IMG/VR virus record: IMGVR_UViG_2648501797_000002
Location: 1 to 44,776 of that record
Strand: one strand, 5' to 3'
Length of the DNA stretch: 44,776 bases
Source: a virus
Taxonomy: Duplodnaviria; Heunggongvirae; Uroviricota; Caudoviricetes
The notes below the pieces were generated by a model, which had not been told where the DNA came from, searched no databases, and was given only the letters and a program-made list of their open reading frames with translations. This document shows, piece by piece, positions 28,914 through 37,706 of the stretch. Position 1 is the first letter of the stretch; each line of letters begins with the position of its first letter. The position numbers were made by a program, and so were the translations under genes.

Positions 28914-30819
28914 AACGCTCAAGGACTTTCTGATCTCGCTTGGGTTCAAAGTTGATGAGGCTGGCGCCAGAAAATTCGATGCCGTCGTTGCCGGAACAAC
29001 GCTTAAAGCGATTGAACTGGGCGTCAAACTTGAGGCGGCGGCACTTTCCGTCGTGGCATTCACCGCGAAAATTGCCAGCGGTCTCGACGACCTGTACTGG
29101 GCCTCTCAGCGCACAGGCGCGACGGTGGAGGGCATTAAGCAGATTGGGTATGCGGTTAGTCAGGTTGGCGGCAGTGTCGACGGGGCCCGCGGCTCTCTCG
29201 AAAATCTTGCCAGGTTCATGCGTAACAATCCCGGCGCTGAGGGTTTCCTGAACCGGCTGGGGGTTCAAACGCGTGATGCCAGCGGCAACATGCGGGATAT
29301 GGCGACGATCTTTACCGGCGTCGGCCAGCGTCTTAGCAGCATGCCGTATTACCGCGCGAACCAGTACGCTCAGATGCTGGGTCTGGATGAAAACACCCTG
29401 ATGGCAATGCGTCGCGGTATCGGCCAGTTTAGTGGCGAATACACCGCGATGGCTAAGGCGATCGGCTATAACGCTGATGTGGCCGCCGTCAGCTCCAATA
29501 AATTCATGACCTCGCTGCGCTCCTTTGGGCTGATGGCAGGCATGGCGCGGGATAAAATCGGCTCCAGTCTCGCTGATGGACTTGCTGGCTCTCTCGACAG
29601 GCTGCGCCGCCAGATACTGGAAAACTTCCCGAAAATTGAAGGCGCAATAACCGGTACGGTGAAAGGAATTCTCTGGGCTGGCGAGATGGTAGGCAGGGTA
29701 ATTTACCGCCTCATCCAGTTGGGTCAGGGTATCAGCGACTGGTGGGACTCTCTTGATAAGCAGTCGCAGCAGCTGATCGAACTTATTGGAGCGCTAACCG
29801 CAGCGTGGTGGATGCTCAACCGCGCTATGCTCGCATCGCCTATTACGTGGGTTCTCGGTCTTGCCGCGGCCATCGCTTTGCTATGGGAGGATTACCAGAC
29901 CTGGAAGGAGGGCGGTAAGAGCCTCATCGACTGGGGGAAATGGAAGCCTGAAGTAGACGCAGCACTGAAAATGGTCGGTGACCTGAAACAGACTGTCCTC
30001 GATCTCGGAAAAGCGCTGGCAAAGTTGCTCAATATCGACCCTAAATCCTGGTCTTTAAAATGGGATTTCAGCAACTTCATTACCCAGATGGGTGAGTTTA
30101 GCAAGATGCTGAGTATGATCGGCGACCTGCTTAACGCTATCAAGGACGGTCGCTGGTCTGATGCTGCAAGTATTGGCAGGGCTCTTCTCAAACAAGGCAG
30201 TAACCAGCCTGATGCGCTGCCAGGCGTTTCTGACAGTGCCAATAGCGCAGCTGACTGGATAAAGGATAAGACAGGATTTGACCCGCGCAGCATAGGCCGT
30301 TTCTTCCGTGGCGAGGGGAATACGCTTGCAGATCGCAACAATAACCCCGGCAATATTCGGCCCGTAGGCGGTGGTGGTTTTCGTGCGTTTGGTTCTGCGC
30401 TAGAAGGCTGGGAGGCCATGAAAAACCAGCTCATGCGGTACTTTACTGGTAAAACGACCGGGCGCCGCCTGCAGACTATCATGGATATCGTCAGCACCTG
30501 GGCACCTGCGGCCGATAACAACGATCCTGCCAAATATGCCCGTGATGTTGCTGGCTGGATGGGTGTATCGCCGACGGCAGCATTAAACCTGTCCGACCCC
30601 AATACGATGGCTATGCTCATGCAGTCTATGGCCCGCAAAGAGGGGTATTCGAACTGGAATAGCCCGCTTGCCCATCAGGCTGCTGGAGCGCAGGTGAACC
30701 AGCAAAACACCTACAACATCTATGGCGGTAATGCTCAGGAAATTGGGCAGGAAGTCAGTCGCCGCCAGCTTGATGCTAATGCCAGGGTGCTGAGAAATAA
30801 CCAAACTGGAGCAGGATGA
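28903..30819 (+). CDS. Tail tape measure protein
   Basis: 638-aa protein following frameshifted chaperones. Confidence 0.75.
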   Translation: MNAETLKDFLISLGFKVDEAGARKFDAVVAGTTLKAIELGVKLEAAALSVVAFTAKIASGLDDLYWASQRTGATVEGIKQIGYAVSQVGGSVDGARGSLENLARFMRNNPGAEGFLNRLGVQTRDASGNMRDMATIFTGVGQRLSSMPYYRANQYAQMLGLDENTLMAMRRGIGQFSGEYTAMAKAIGYNADVAAVSSNKFMTSLRSFGLMAGMARDKIGSSLADGLAGSLDRLRRQILENFPKIEGAITGTVKGILWAGEMVGRVIYRLIQLGQGISDWWDSLDKQSQQLIELIGALTAAWWMLNRAMLASPITWVLGLAAAIALLWEDYQTWKEGGKSLIDWGKWKPEVDAALKMVGDLKQTVLDLGKALAKLLNIDPKSWSLKWDFSNFITQMGEFSKMLSMIGDLLNAIKDGRWSDAASIGRALLKQGSNQPDALPGVSDSANSAADWIKDKTGFDPRSIGRFFRGEGNTLADRNNNPGNIRPVGGGGFRAFGSALEGWEAMKNQLMRYFTGKTTGRRLQTIMDIVSTWAPAADNNDPAKYARDVAGWMGVSPTAALNLSDPNTMAMLMQSMARKEGYSNWNSPLAHQAAGAQVNQQNTYNIYGGNAQEIGQEVSRRQLDANARVLRNNQTGAG

Positions 30820-31394
30820 TGGATATTCTTTCTACTCTCTTTCAGCAGCAGAGCAGGCGGATCGGGCTGATAGTCCCCAGTGTTGTTATTTCGGAAAAGC
30901 ACGATGACTCGCTTGAAATAACCGAGCATCCCGTAGAGGTCGGCGCAGCAATTTCCGACCATGCATTTCGACGTCCTTCGGAAGTGGTAATGCAGGTCGG
31001 TTTCGCTGGTGGCGGTTCCTTGCTTGACTTTGTAGATACGTCTTCTCTTGGGCTGAGCGTAGGTATTGGCCCGAAGGAGACGTATCAGGAACTGTTAAAT
31101 CTGCAGAGCAGCAGGGTGCCTTTAGATGTGGTGACCGGTAAGCGGATTTACACCAATATGCTGATCCGTGCGCTTGAGGTCACTACCGACAGGACGTCGG
31201 AAAATATTCTTTCTGCCGTGCTGACGCTCCGGGAAGTGATTATCACAAGCACAACCACCACGCAGGTGGCTCCAAAGTCCAATATGAAGTTAGGGGCGAA
31301 CACCTCAGCCGTGCAAAACTCCGGGGTGAAAACGCCAGTTCAAAAAAATGAATCAATATTGAGCCGGTTAAGTGGCTTTGTAGCAGGAGGGTAA
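30816..31394 (+). CDS. Hypothetical tail/baseplate protein
   Basis: Coupled ORF after tape measure. Confidence 0.45.
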   Translation: MMDILSTLFQQQSRRIGLIVPSVVISEKHDDSLEITEHPVEVGAAISDHAFRRPSEVVMQVGFAGGGSLLDFVDTSSLGLSVGIGPKETYQELLNLQSSRVPLDVVTGKRIYTNMLIRALEVTTDRTSENILSAVLTLREVIITSTTTTQVAPKSNMKLGANTSAVQNSGVKTPVQKNESILSRLSGFVAGG

Positions 31395-31697
31395 ATGACG
31401 ATCAGCGAAATCCCTCTTTCCCCGGAAAACCAGCGATTCTCCATATCCGTGGCAGGTCAAAGTCTGCAAATGGCTGTGACCTGGCGTGCTGTTTTCTGGT
31501 GTCTAGATATTATGGATAGCAGCGGTGCGGACCTGATAAAGGGGATCCCGCTTATCACCGGCGCCGACCTGCTGGCGCAGTATCGCTATCTCGGGCTTGG
31601 CTTTTCGCTTTATGTTGGCTGTGACAACCAGTCCAGCGAAAATCCCACTGAGGCTGATCTGGGGATTTACAGCCATCTTTATGCGGTAACGGAGTAA
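31395..31697 (+). CDS. Hypothetical tail/baseplate protein
   Basis: 100-aa ORF with GGAGGG RBS. Confidence 0.45.
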   Translation: MTISEIPLSPENQRFSISVAGQSLQMAVTWRAVFWCLDIMDSSGADLIKGIPLITGADLLAQYRYLGLGFSLYVGCDNQSSENPTEADLGIYSHLYAVTE

Positions 31698-31699
31698 AA

Positions 31700-32767
31700 A
31701 TGTCTCAGAACTGGATGCGGCACTTCGAATTGCAGTTAGTCGATTCGAAGGGGAACGCTACTGATTTTGGTAGCTTCAAGGTCACTTTTACTATCGACTG
31801 GTTTAACCTCAGCAGCGAAACGCGAGTAGGTACTTTCAAAATCTATAACCTTTCAGCTGATACCGTAAACCGGATCGTCGGTGAGGAATTCTCCCGGATT
31901 AGGGTTATCGCTGGTTACGATGGCATTGCAGCTGACGTTCCCGCCAGTCAGGTAGGCATCGCCAGGATAGTAAACCCCGATGAAGTCGGGCAGATGGACG
32001 GTCGAAATTATGGGCTGATTTTCGACGGGGAAATCCGGTACACCATCACAGGGAAAGATAACCCCGTTGATAGCTTTGTCCTCATTCAGGCGGCTGATTC
32101 TGACCGGGCATTCGCTACCTCGATCACTGCGCAGACGCTGGCGGCAGGCTATACGGTCTCTGACGTCAATGCAGTGCTAATGAAGGACTTCAACGCTAAC
32201 GGGGCCACTGAAGGGAATACCCCTGCCATGCCTGCAACGGTGTTTCCTCGCGGCAGGGTGCTTTTTGGTATGACCCGGCATCTGATGGATAACGTCGCCG
32301 AGCAATGCAAGGCTGACTGGATGTTTGTCGACGGCAAGCGGGAAATGGTGGCGAAAAATGAGGTTGTTCACGAAGCCATTAAGCTGAACAGCGCCACCGG
32401 CCTTGTGGGTATGCCTCAGCAGACCATTGGTAGCGGCGTTAACGTCCGTTGCCTGATTAACCCTAACATCCGCGTTAATGGCCTGATCGAGCTGAATCAG
32501 GCTTCTGTGTTCCGTACCGTGCTGGGGAATAACGATATCGCCATGACGCAAGGGCGTATCACTGACCAGAACAACAACGGAAACATCACAATTGAAGGCA
32601 CGACTGCGCAGCCTGCCAGTATTGCGACTGACGGCGTTTATATTGTCCGTGGCATTATGTACACTGGCGACACAAGGGGCCAGGCGTGGTACATGGATAT
32701 GATGTGTGAAGCGCGTGGCGCGATGGATCTAAAAACTCAATCAGCACTGGAGAGAGGCGCTGGGTGA
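31700..32767 (+). CDS. Putative baseplate hub protein
   Basis: 355-aa ORF in baseplate module; assignment by synteny only. Confidence 0.4.
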   Translation: MSQNWMRHFELQLVDSKGNATDFGSFKVTFTIDWFNLSSETRVGTFKIYNLSADTVNRIVGEEFSRIRVIAGYDGIAADVPASQVGIARIVNPDEVGQMDGRNYGLIFDGEIRYTITGKDNPVDSFVLIQAADSDRAFATSITAQTLAAGYTVSDVNAVLMKDFNANGATEGNTPAMPATVFPRGRVLFGMTRHLMDNVAEQCKADWMFVDGKREMVAKNEVVHEAIKLNSATGLVGMPQQTIGSGVNVRCLINPNIRVNGLIELNQASVFRTVLGNNDIAMTQGRITDQNNNGNITIEGTTAQPASIATDGVYIVRGIMYTGDTRGQAWYMDMMCEARGAMDLKTQSALERGAG

Positions 32768-33096
32768 AAAAATTATTGATATTGATCGCTTTATTTTCTG
32801 CACCGGCACTTTCTGCCATCCAATGTGGCGGTTACAAGCTAACTATTAACGATTCTGAGGGTCTGGTAAGAATCAATGGAGAATTGGTTACCAGTCAAAA
32901 GGTTAAATATCTCGGAAAGAAAGGTGACGAATCAAATGCCAAATGGGATATGGGTATAATGCCTTCCCGTGATGGAAATAATTACGGATTTCAATTCATC
33001 AAGCGGGATGGCAAATCTTGGCTCAATGTTCAACTGCTACAGAACAGTATGGATGCGCCTAAATTGATTGGTTCATATCCATGCAAAACAGTATAA
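32764..33096 (+). CDS. Secreted small protein with signal peptide (moron)
   Basis: N-terminal signal peptide MKKLLILIALFSAPALSA; AT-rich; GTG start overlapping previous stop. Confidence 0.5.
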   Translation: MKKLLILIALFSAPALSAIQCGGYKLTINDSEGLVRINGELVTSQKVKYLGKKGDESNAKWDMGIMPSRDGNNYGFQFIKRDGKSWLNVQLLQNSMDAPKLIGSYPCKTV

Positions 33097-33125
33097 AAAA
33101 GCCCTGAGTTAATCAGGGCTAAAAT
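33094..33125. terminator. Bidirectional intrinsic terminator (AGCCCTGA-GTTAA-TCAGGGCT flanked by A and T runs)
   Basis: Perfect 8-bp stem between convergent genes. Confidence 0.55.
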
Positions 33126-33126
33126 C

Positions 33127-33444
33127 TCACTGCTTAAATATTTGCGATAGAACTATGGCGGCAATGATGAAAACTGCAAGCCTCCACCAATGGATCCCTT
33201 CCCTTTGAGCCGTTGGTTCCTGTTCTGAAAATTCCTCTTCCGATGTAGCTTTTCCAGATTTTTTCCCTGGGCCAACGGTGTATGACAAACCGGATCCCGG
33301 AATTCCAACGGTGGTTTTTATTCCTCTTCCACTTATGTTGGTAGTGGCGCCTTTTGGGCCAATCGACGTACTAACGCCACTCTTGCTGATATTGATTGCT
33401 AGGCCTGGAGCTATGCGTATCCGCTTCCTAAATCTGAAGCCCAT
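33127..33444 (-). CDS. DUF4236-like membrane-anchored protein (moron)
   Basis: N-terminus MGFRFRKRIRIAPGLAINISKSG... with Gly-rich repeats, matching DUF4236 as recalled; C-terminal transmembrane helix; opposite strand to flanking tail genes. Confidence 0.55.
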   Translation of the reverse strand: MGFRFRKRIRIAPGLAINISKSGVSTSIGPKGATTNISGRGIKTTVGIPGSGLSYTVGPGKKSGKATSEEEFSEQEPTAQREGIHWWRLAVFIIAAIVLSQIFKQ

Positions 33445-33531
33445 AGGTATCTCCTGTAGTCAAAAATACTAAGTAATTAAATTTTTATTCTACCCCTCAC
33501 TAAGTGAGGGTAATCATTATCTGGAGAAAAC

Positions 33532-34263
33532 ATGGGCGTATCAAGCCAAACCCGTAGTGGGGCGCTGGCGGAGGTTCTGGCGTCTGAGCGAAAGACGCTT
33601 AGCGAGCAAATGCGCGTAGCACTGCCGGGGATCATCCAGTCATTCGACCCAGAATCTTTGACGGCTGTTGTTCAGCCAGCGATCCGCTACATCGAGCGCG
33701 ACAACGACGGCAACAAAAGCACGAAGGATTATCCGCTGCTGGTGGATGTTCCAGTTGTATTCCCCCGCGGGGGCGGCTGTACGCTCACTTTTCCCGTTAG
33801 CGAAGGCGATGAGTGTCTGGTGATATTTGCCGACCGCTGCATTGATTTCTGGTGGCAAAGCGGGGGTGTACAGGAGCCGGTAGACGGGCGCATGCATGAT
33901 TTATCGGATGCGTTCTGTATCGTGGGCCCGCAGTCGCAGGCGAAGAAAATCGGCGGCATCAGCACTACGGGAGCGCAGCTGCGTACCGATGATGGTTCGG
34001 CTTTCATTGAGGTGGCCGCCGGAGGGGATATCACTGCCACCACCGCCGGCAGCGCGACTATTAACGCCCCGGAAATCGTCCTTAACGGCAACGTGACGAT
34101 CAACGGCAACCTGTCGCAAGGAATGGGTGAGAGAGGAGGCACGGCCACAATGCACGGCCCGGTCACCGTAACCAACGATGTGACAGCAGGCGGTAAGAGC
34201 CTGATGACGCACATGCATGGTGGGGTTGAGCATGGTAACGACAGCACCGGGGGGCCTGAATAA
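33532..34263 (+). CDS. Baseplate central spike protein (gpV / gp5-like)
   Basis: C-terminal Gly-rich beta-helix with His-containing tip (THMHGGVEHG). Confidence 0.55.
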   Translation: MGVSSQTRSGALAEVLASERKTLSEQMRVALPGIIQSFDPESLTAVVQPAIRYIERDNDGNKSTKDYPLLVDVPVVFPRGGGCTLTFPVSEGDECLVIFADRCIDFWWQSGGVQEPVDGRMHDLSDAFCIVGPQSQAKKIGGISTTGAQLRTDDGSAFIEVAAGGDITATTAGSATINAPEIVLNGNVTINGNLSQGMGERGGTATMHGPVTVTNDVTAGGKSLMTHMHGGVEHGNDSTGGPE

Positions 34264-34616
34264 TGCGATACCGACGTGAAGACGATGACGGTGATTACAC
34301 CTTTGGACAGGGTGATGATACCTGGCTGGTAAACTCTCCTGAGGCCGTAGCGCAGGCCATTAAAACGCGATTTCTGCTCTGGTACGGGCAGTGGTTTCTG
34401 GACACCACAGAAGGTACGCCGTGGATTCAGTCCGTTCTGGGTAAGCAAAAGCCGGATACCTACAACCTCGCTATCCGTAAGCGGATCCTCGAAACGCAGG
34501 GGGTTAGCTCAATCACTGCATTTAACACCACCGTTGACGGTACCACGCGCCGTATAACGTTCACAGCAACGGTGGAAACCATCTACGGGACAACCACAGT
34601 AACTTCGGAGGCGTAA
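34263..34616 (+). CDS. Baseplate wedge protein (GPW / gp25-like)
   Basis: 117-aa protein between spike and J-like genes; synteny. Confidence 0.5.
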   Translation: MRYRREDDDGDYTFGQGDDTWLVNSPEAVAQAIKTRFLLWYGQWFLDTTEGTPWIQSVLGKQKPDTYNLAIRKRILETQGVSSITAFNTTVDGTTRRITFTATVETIYGTTTVTSEA

Positions 34617-35812
34617 TGTCTTTGGACCTCGACACACTCGGCTTATCGGCAACGGTAACCGCTGAGGGGATAAGTGCGCCCGACTATCAGACCGTTCTGG
34701 ACACCATCACTGGTTATTTTCAGCAGATTTATGGCAGTGATGCCTATCTTGACCCGGACAGCAAAGACGGCCAGATGGTCGCTCTGGTGGCTCTGGCCAT
34801 TCACGATGCGAATAACACGGCCATTTCTGTTTACCGGTCATTTTCTCCGTCGACGGCGCTGGACGATGCATTAACCAGTAACGTCAAAATTAACGGCATC
34901 ACTCGCCGTGCTGCGACAAACTCTACGGTCGATGAGCTGATCGAGGGTGAGGCCGGAACGTTAATCACAAACGGCTCTGTGAAAGATGCCAACGGCATCA
35001 TCTGGAATCTTCCTGCTCAGGTGACAATTGGTATTGATGGGACGGTTATTGCTACAGCGACGTGTTCTGTTGCTGGTGCTGTGGCTGCCCCTGCCGGGTC
35101 AGTCAATAAGATAAACACCCCGACACGAGGCTGGGTATCAGTAACTAACCCGCAAGCGGCTACGGTAGGCGTTGCTGCCGAAACAAATGCTGAATTGCGT
35201 GTCCGGCAATCACAGAGCGTTGCTTTACCGTCTCTGACGCCGTTTGAGGCGGTAGATGGCGCGATAGCAAATATCAGCGGCGTAACGCGACACAAGCTGT
35301 ATGAGAACGATACAGATACCACTGATGCAAATGGCCTGCCTCCGCACTCAATCGCGGCCATTGTCGAAGGTGGTGATGCGACGGTCATAGCAAACAGCAT
35401 TCGTGGTGTGAAAGGGCAGGGCGTAACACCCTACGGTAGTACGGTGATTGTTGTGCCTGATAAGTACGGAAACCCTCACCCGGTAGGTTTTTCAAGGCCG
35501 GTCGATGTACCCATTTACGTCAAAATCACTATCGAACCCCTTACGGGCTATACATCCCAGGTTGGCGAAGAGATAAAGGCGGCTGTATCTGCCTACATTA
35601 ACTCACTGGCAATCGGCGCCAGCGTTCTTCTCAGTCGCGTTTACTCACCGGCTAACCTTGGCGTCGTCAGTGGAGGTAATGCCAGGTATTACGACATTAC
35701 CGAGTTGCTGATCGGGACGTCTGCCGGTGGCGTAGCCGCGGCAAACGTGGATATTGCCTTTGACCAGTCAGCATCCTGCGCCGTCAGCAATATTAATCTG
35801 GTGGTCTCATGA
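34616..35812 (+). CDS. Baseplate J-like protein
   Basis: 398-aa protein in conserved baseplate order. Confidence 0.55.
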   Translation: MSLDLDTLGLSATVTAEGISAPDYQTVLDTITGYFQQIYGSDAYLDPDSKDGQMVALVALAIHDANNTAISVYRSFSPSTALDDALTSNVKINGITRRAATNSTVDELIEGEAGTLITNGSVKDANGIIWNLPAQVTIGIDGTVIATATCSVAGAVAAPAGSVNKINTPTRGWVSVTNPQAATVGVAAETNAELRVRQSQSVALPSLTPFEAVDGAIANISGVTRHKLYENDTDTTDANGLPPHSIAAIVEGGDATVIANSIRGVKGQGVTPYGSTVIVVPDKYGNPHPVGFSRPVDVPIYVKITIEPLTGYTSQVGEEIKAAVSAYINSLAIGASVLLSRVYSPANLGVVSGGNARYYDITELLIGTSAGGVAAANVDIAFDQSASCAVSNINLVVS

Positions 35813-36582
35813 GCAGATACACTGACCGCATAACAAACTACCACGCCGGTAAACCAAAGTTCTTTGCACACGTTGACCTGTCCACCAGGCCACTGAGCGA
35901 TGTTTCCGATGCAATGTCACGGCTAATACCCGATTTTGATATTGATACCGCCATTGGCGTGCAGCTTGACGTTGTAGGCGAATGGGTTGGTCGTTCCCGT
36001 CGCGTGGCAACACCGGTAACCGGGATTTATTTTTCGTGGGACACCGAACGGGTTGGCTGGGATCAGGGGGTCTGGCAGGGACCATATGACCCAAACGACG
36101 GTTTTATCGATCTCAGTGATGAAATATATCGGCTAATGCTGAAGGTGAAAGTGGCGATAAACAACTGGGATGGTCAGAACGACTCGCTTCCTCCAATTCT
36201 TGATACCGCCCTTGCCGGATCCGGGATCCGCATGGCTATTGTCGACAACCAGGATATGTCGATTTCTATCTGGATACTCGGTGACCCTTCGGTAGCCCTA
36301 AGTGAAATAGACCGGTTAATTCTGGATAGCGCCGTCAATAAAGGCCCCTTTATCGCATTACCGGCAGGTTACGTACCATCGCGCTATGACATTAACCCGA
36401 TTGACCAGGTTAACAGCGAGCTATGGTGGGCGATTCAGAACGGTTATATGACGGTTAAAGCCGCAGGGGTTCGTGTCCGTGAAATAGAGACCGTCAGTGA
36501 TGGTTATCATTTTTTTGGCTTCGATATCGAAAATGACTATATCGCTGGTTTCGACCGCGGGTCATGGGGAGAGAGATTTTAA
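35809..36582 (+). CDS. Baseplate/tail protein I-like
   Basis: 257-aa ORF upstream of fibre gene. Confidence 0.45.
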   Translation: MSRYTDRITNYHAGKPKFFAHVDLSTRPLSDVSDAMSRLIPDFDIDTAIGVQLDVVGEWVGRSRRVATPVTGIYFSWDTERVGWDQGVWQGPYDPNDGFIDLSDEIYRLMLKVKVAINNWDGQNDSLPPILDTALAGSGIRMAIVDNQDMSISIWILGDPSVALSEIDRLILDSAVNKGPFIALPAGYVPSRYDINPIDQVNSELWWAIQNGYMTVKAAGVRVREIETVSDGYHFFGFDIENDYIAGFDRGSWGERF

Positions 36583-37451
36583 TGGCGACTAACGATTTTA
36601 AACCCTTCGCTACTGGTAGCGGGGCAAACGTATTATCACAGGCTGATTATGAAGCGCTATCTGCACTGGCATCAGGGTTTCTTTCCGGCAAAGCCTCGTC
36701 AGCACAAGTAAATAAAGCACTACGGCAATCCTCTACAATTGCTGCCGTCCTTGCGCAATTCATGGCGGATAGCACAGGAAGCGATGTCCTGGATAATGGA
36801 AACATTGCCACATTACTAAATATTCTCAAGTCTGCACTTAATAATCAGGCAGAAGGACGCCTGCTCCGCATTCAGGTTTTTACCGCTAGCGGAGCATGGG
36901 TAAAAGCTGCTGGCACTAAAAAAGTCAGAATCAAGGCATGGGGTGCAGGCGGAGGGGGTAAGGGGACAGACGTCGCAGGGACTGGTGCGCCTAGTGGGGC
37001 GGGTGGTGCATACGTTGAGGGATTATATGACGTAAGCACCATTAATGGGGCGAATATCGTTATTGGCGCTGGTGGTGCGGCAGTTGCTGCAGGGAGTGCA
37101 GGAAATGGGGGTGATGGGGGAGACACTACCATTACCGCTCTGGGTATCTCTGCTGGTGGTGGTAAGGGCGGAAACTCTGCTGGTAATTCTGCTGGCGGAA
37201 TTCCGGGAGCTCCATCTGTTGGGACAATATTCTCAGTGGCTGGTCAGGGAGGACAGGGAGGATCAGGTGTAAGCCTGGGTGGTGTAGGTGGCGCATCGCA
37301 CAGTAGTTATGGTGGCCTTCCACACGTTAGTTCATCCGGTGATGATGGATTTTTCCCTGGTGGAGGTGGTGCTGGCGCATCATATGACTCAATCGCCAGG
37401 GCATCAGGGAAGGGCGCTAACGGCTATGTCATCATTGAGGAGTACGCATAA
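36582..37451 (+). CDS. Tail fibre protein with glycine-rich C-terminal domain
   Basis: Gly-rich repeats (GAGGGGKG..., GGGKGGNSAGNSAGG...) and C-terminal ...GYVIIEEYA; TAATG coupling to the upstream gene. Confidence 0.55.
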   Translation: MATNDFKPFATGSGANVLSQADYEALSALASGFLSGKASSAQVNKALRQSSTIAAVLAQFMADSTGSDVLDNGNIATLLNILKSALNNQAEGRLLRIQVFTASGAWVKAAGTKKVRIKAWGAGGGGKGTDVAGTGAPSGAGGAYVEGLYDVSTINGANIVIGAGGAAVAAGSAGNGGDGGDTTITALGISAGGGKGGNSAGNSAGGIPGAPSVGTIFSVAGQGGQGGSGVSLGGVGGASHSSYGGLPHVSSSGDDGFFPGGGGAGASYDSIARASGKGANGYVIIEEYA

Positions 37452-37648
37452 TGGCAGGTAATTACGCAGTCATTGAAAGTGGAATAGTTAAAAACATCAT
37501 AATTGCGGAAAGCGGTTATGAATATGATGGTGCTGAACTTATCGAATATCCTGAAAGTGTATTTTGCCAGCCAGGGATGTTTTATAACAAGGCAGACGGG
37601 CTATTTTACGATGATAAAGAATATTCAAAAATAAATAGCAAGAATTAA
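37451..37648 (+). CDS. Hypothetical small protein
   Basis: 65-aa AT-rich ORF coupled by TAATG to the fibre gene. Confidence 0.35.
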   Translation: MAGNYAVIESGIVKNIIIAESGYEYDGAELIEYPESVFCQPGMFYNKADGLFYDDKEYSKINSKN

Positions 37649-37706
37649 GTCACTAAATTACCAGAAAGCAAACTGACCTTATGGTCGGTTTTTTATTGGG
37701 GCGACC

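Noticed and set aside
29892-30638. 248-aa minus-strand ORF
   Set aside because: Antisense to the tape measure gene.
33729-34448. 239-aa minus-strand ORF
   Set aside because: Antisense to the baseplate spike gene.
36872-37323. Minus-strand Pro-rich ORFs (36872-37132, 37132-37323)
   Set aside because: Reverse-complement reading of the Gly-codon-rich fibre gene gives Pro-rich artefacts; the same applies to 41959-42195.
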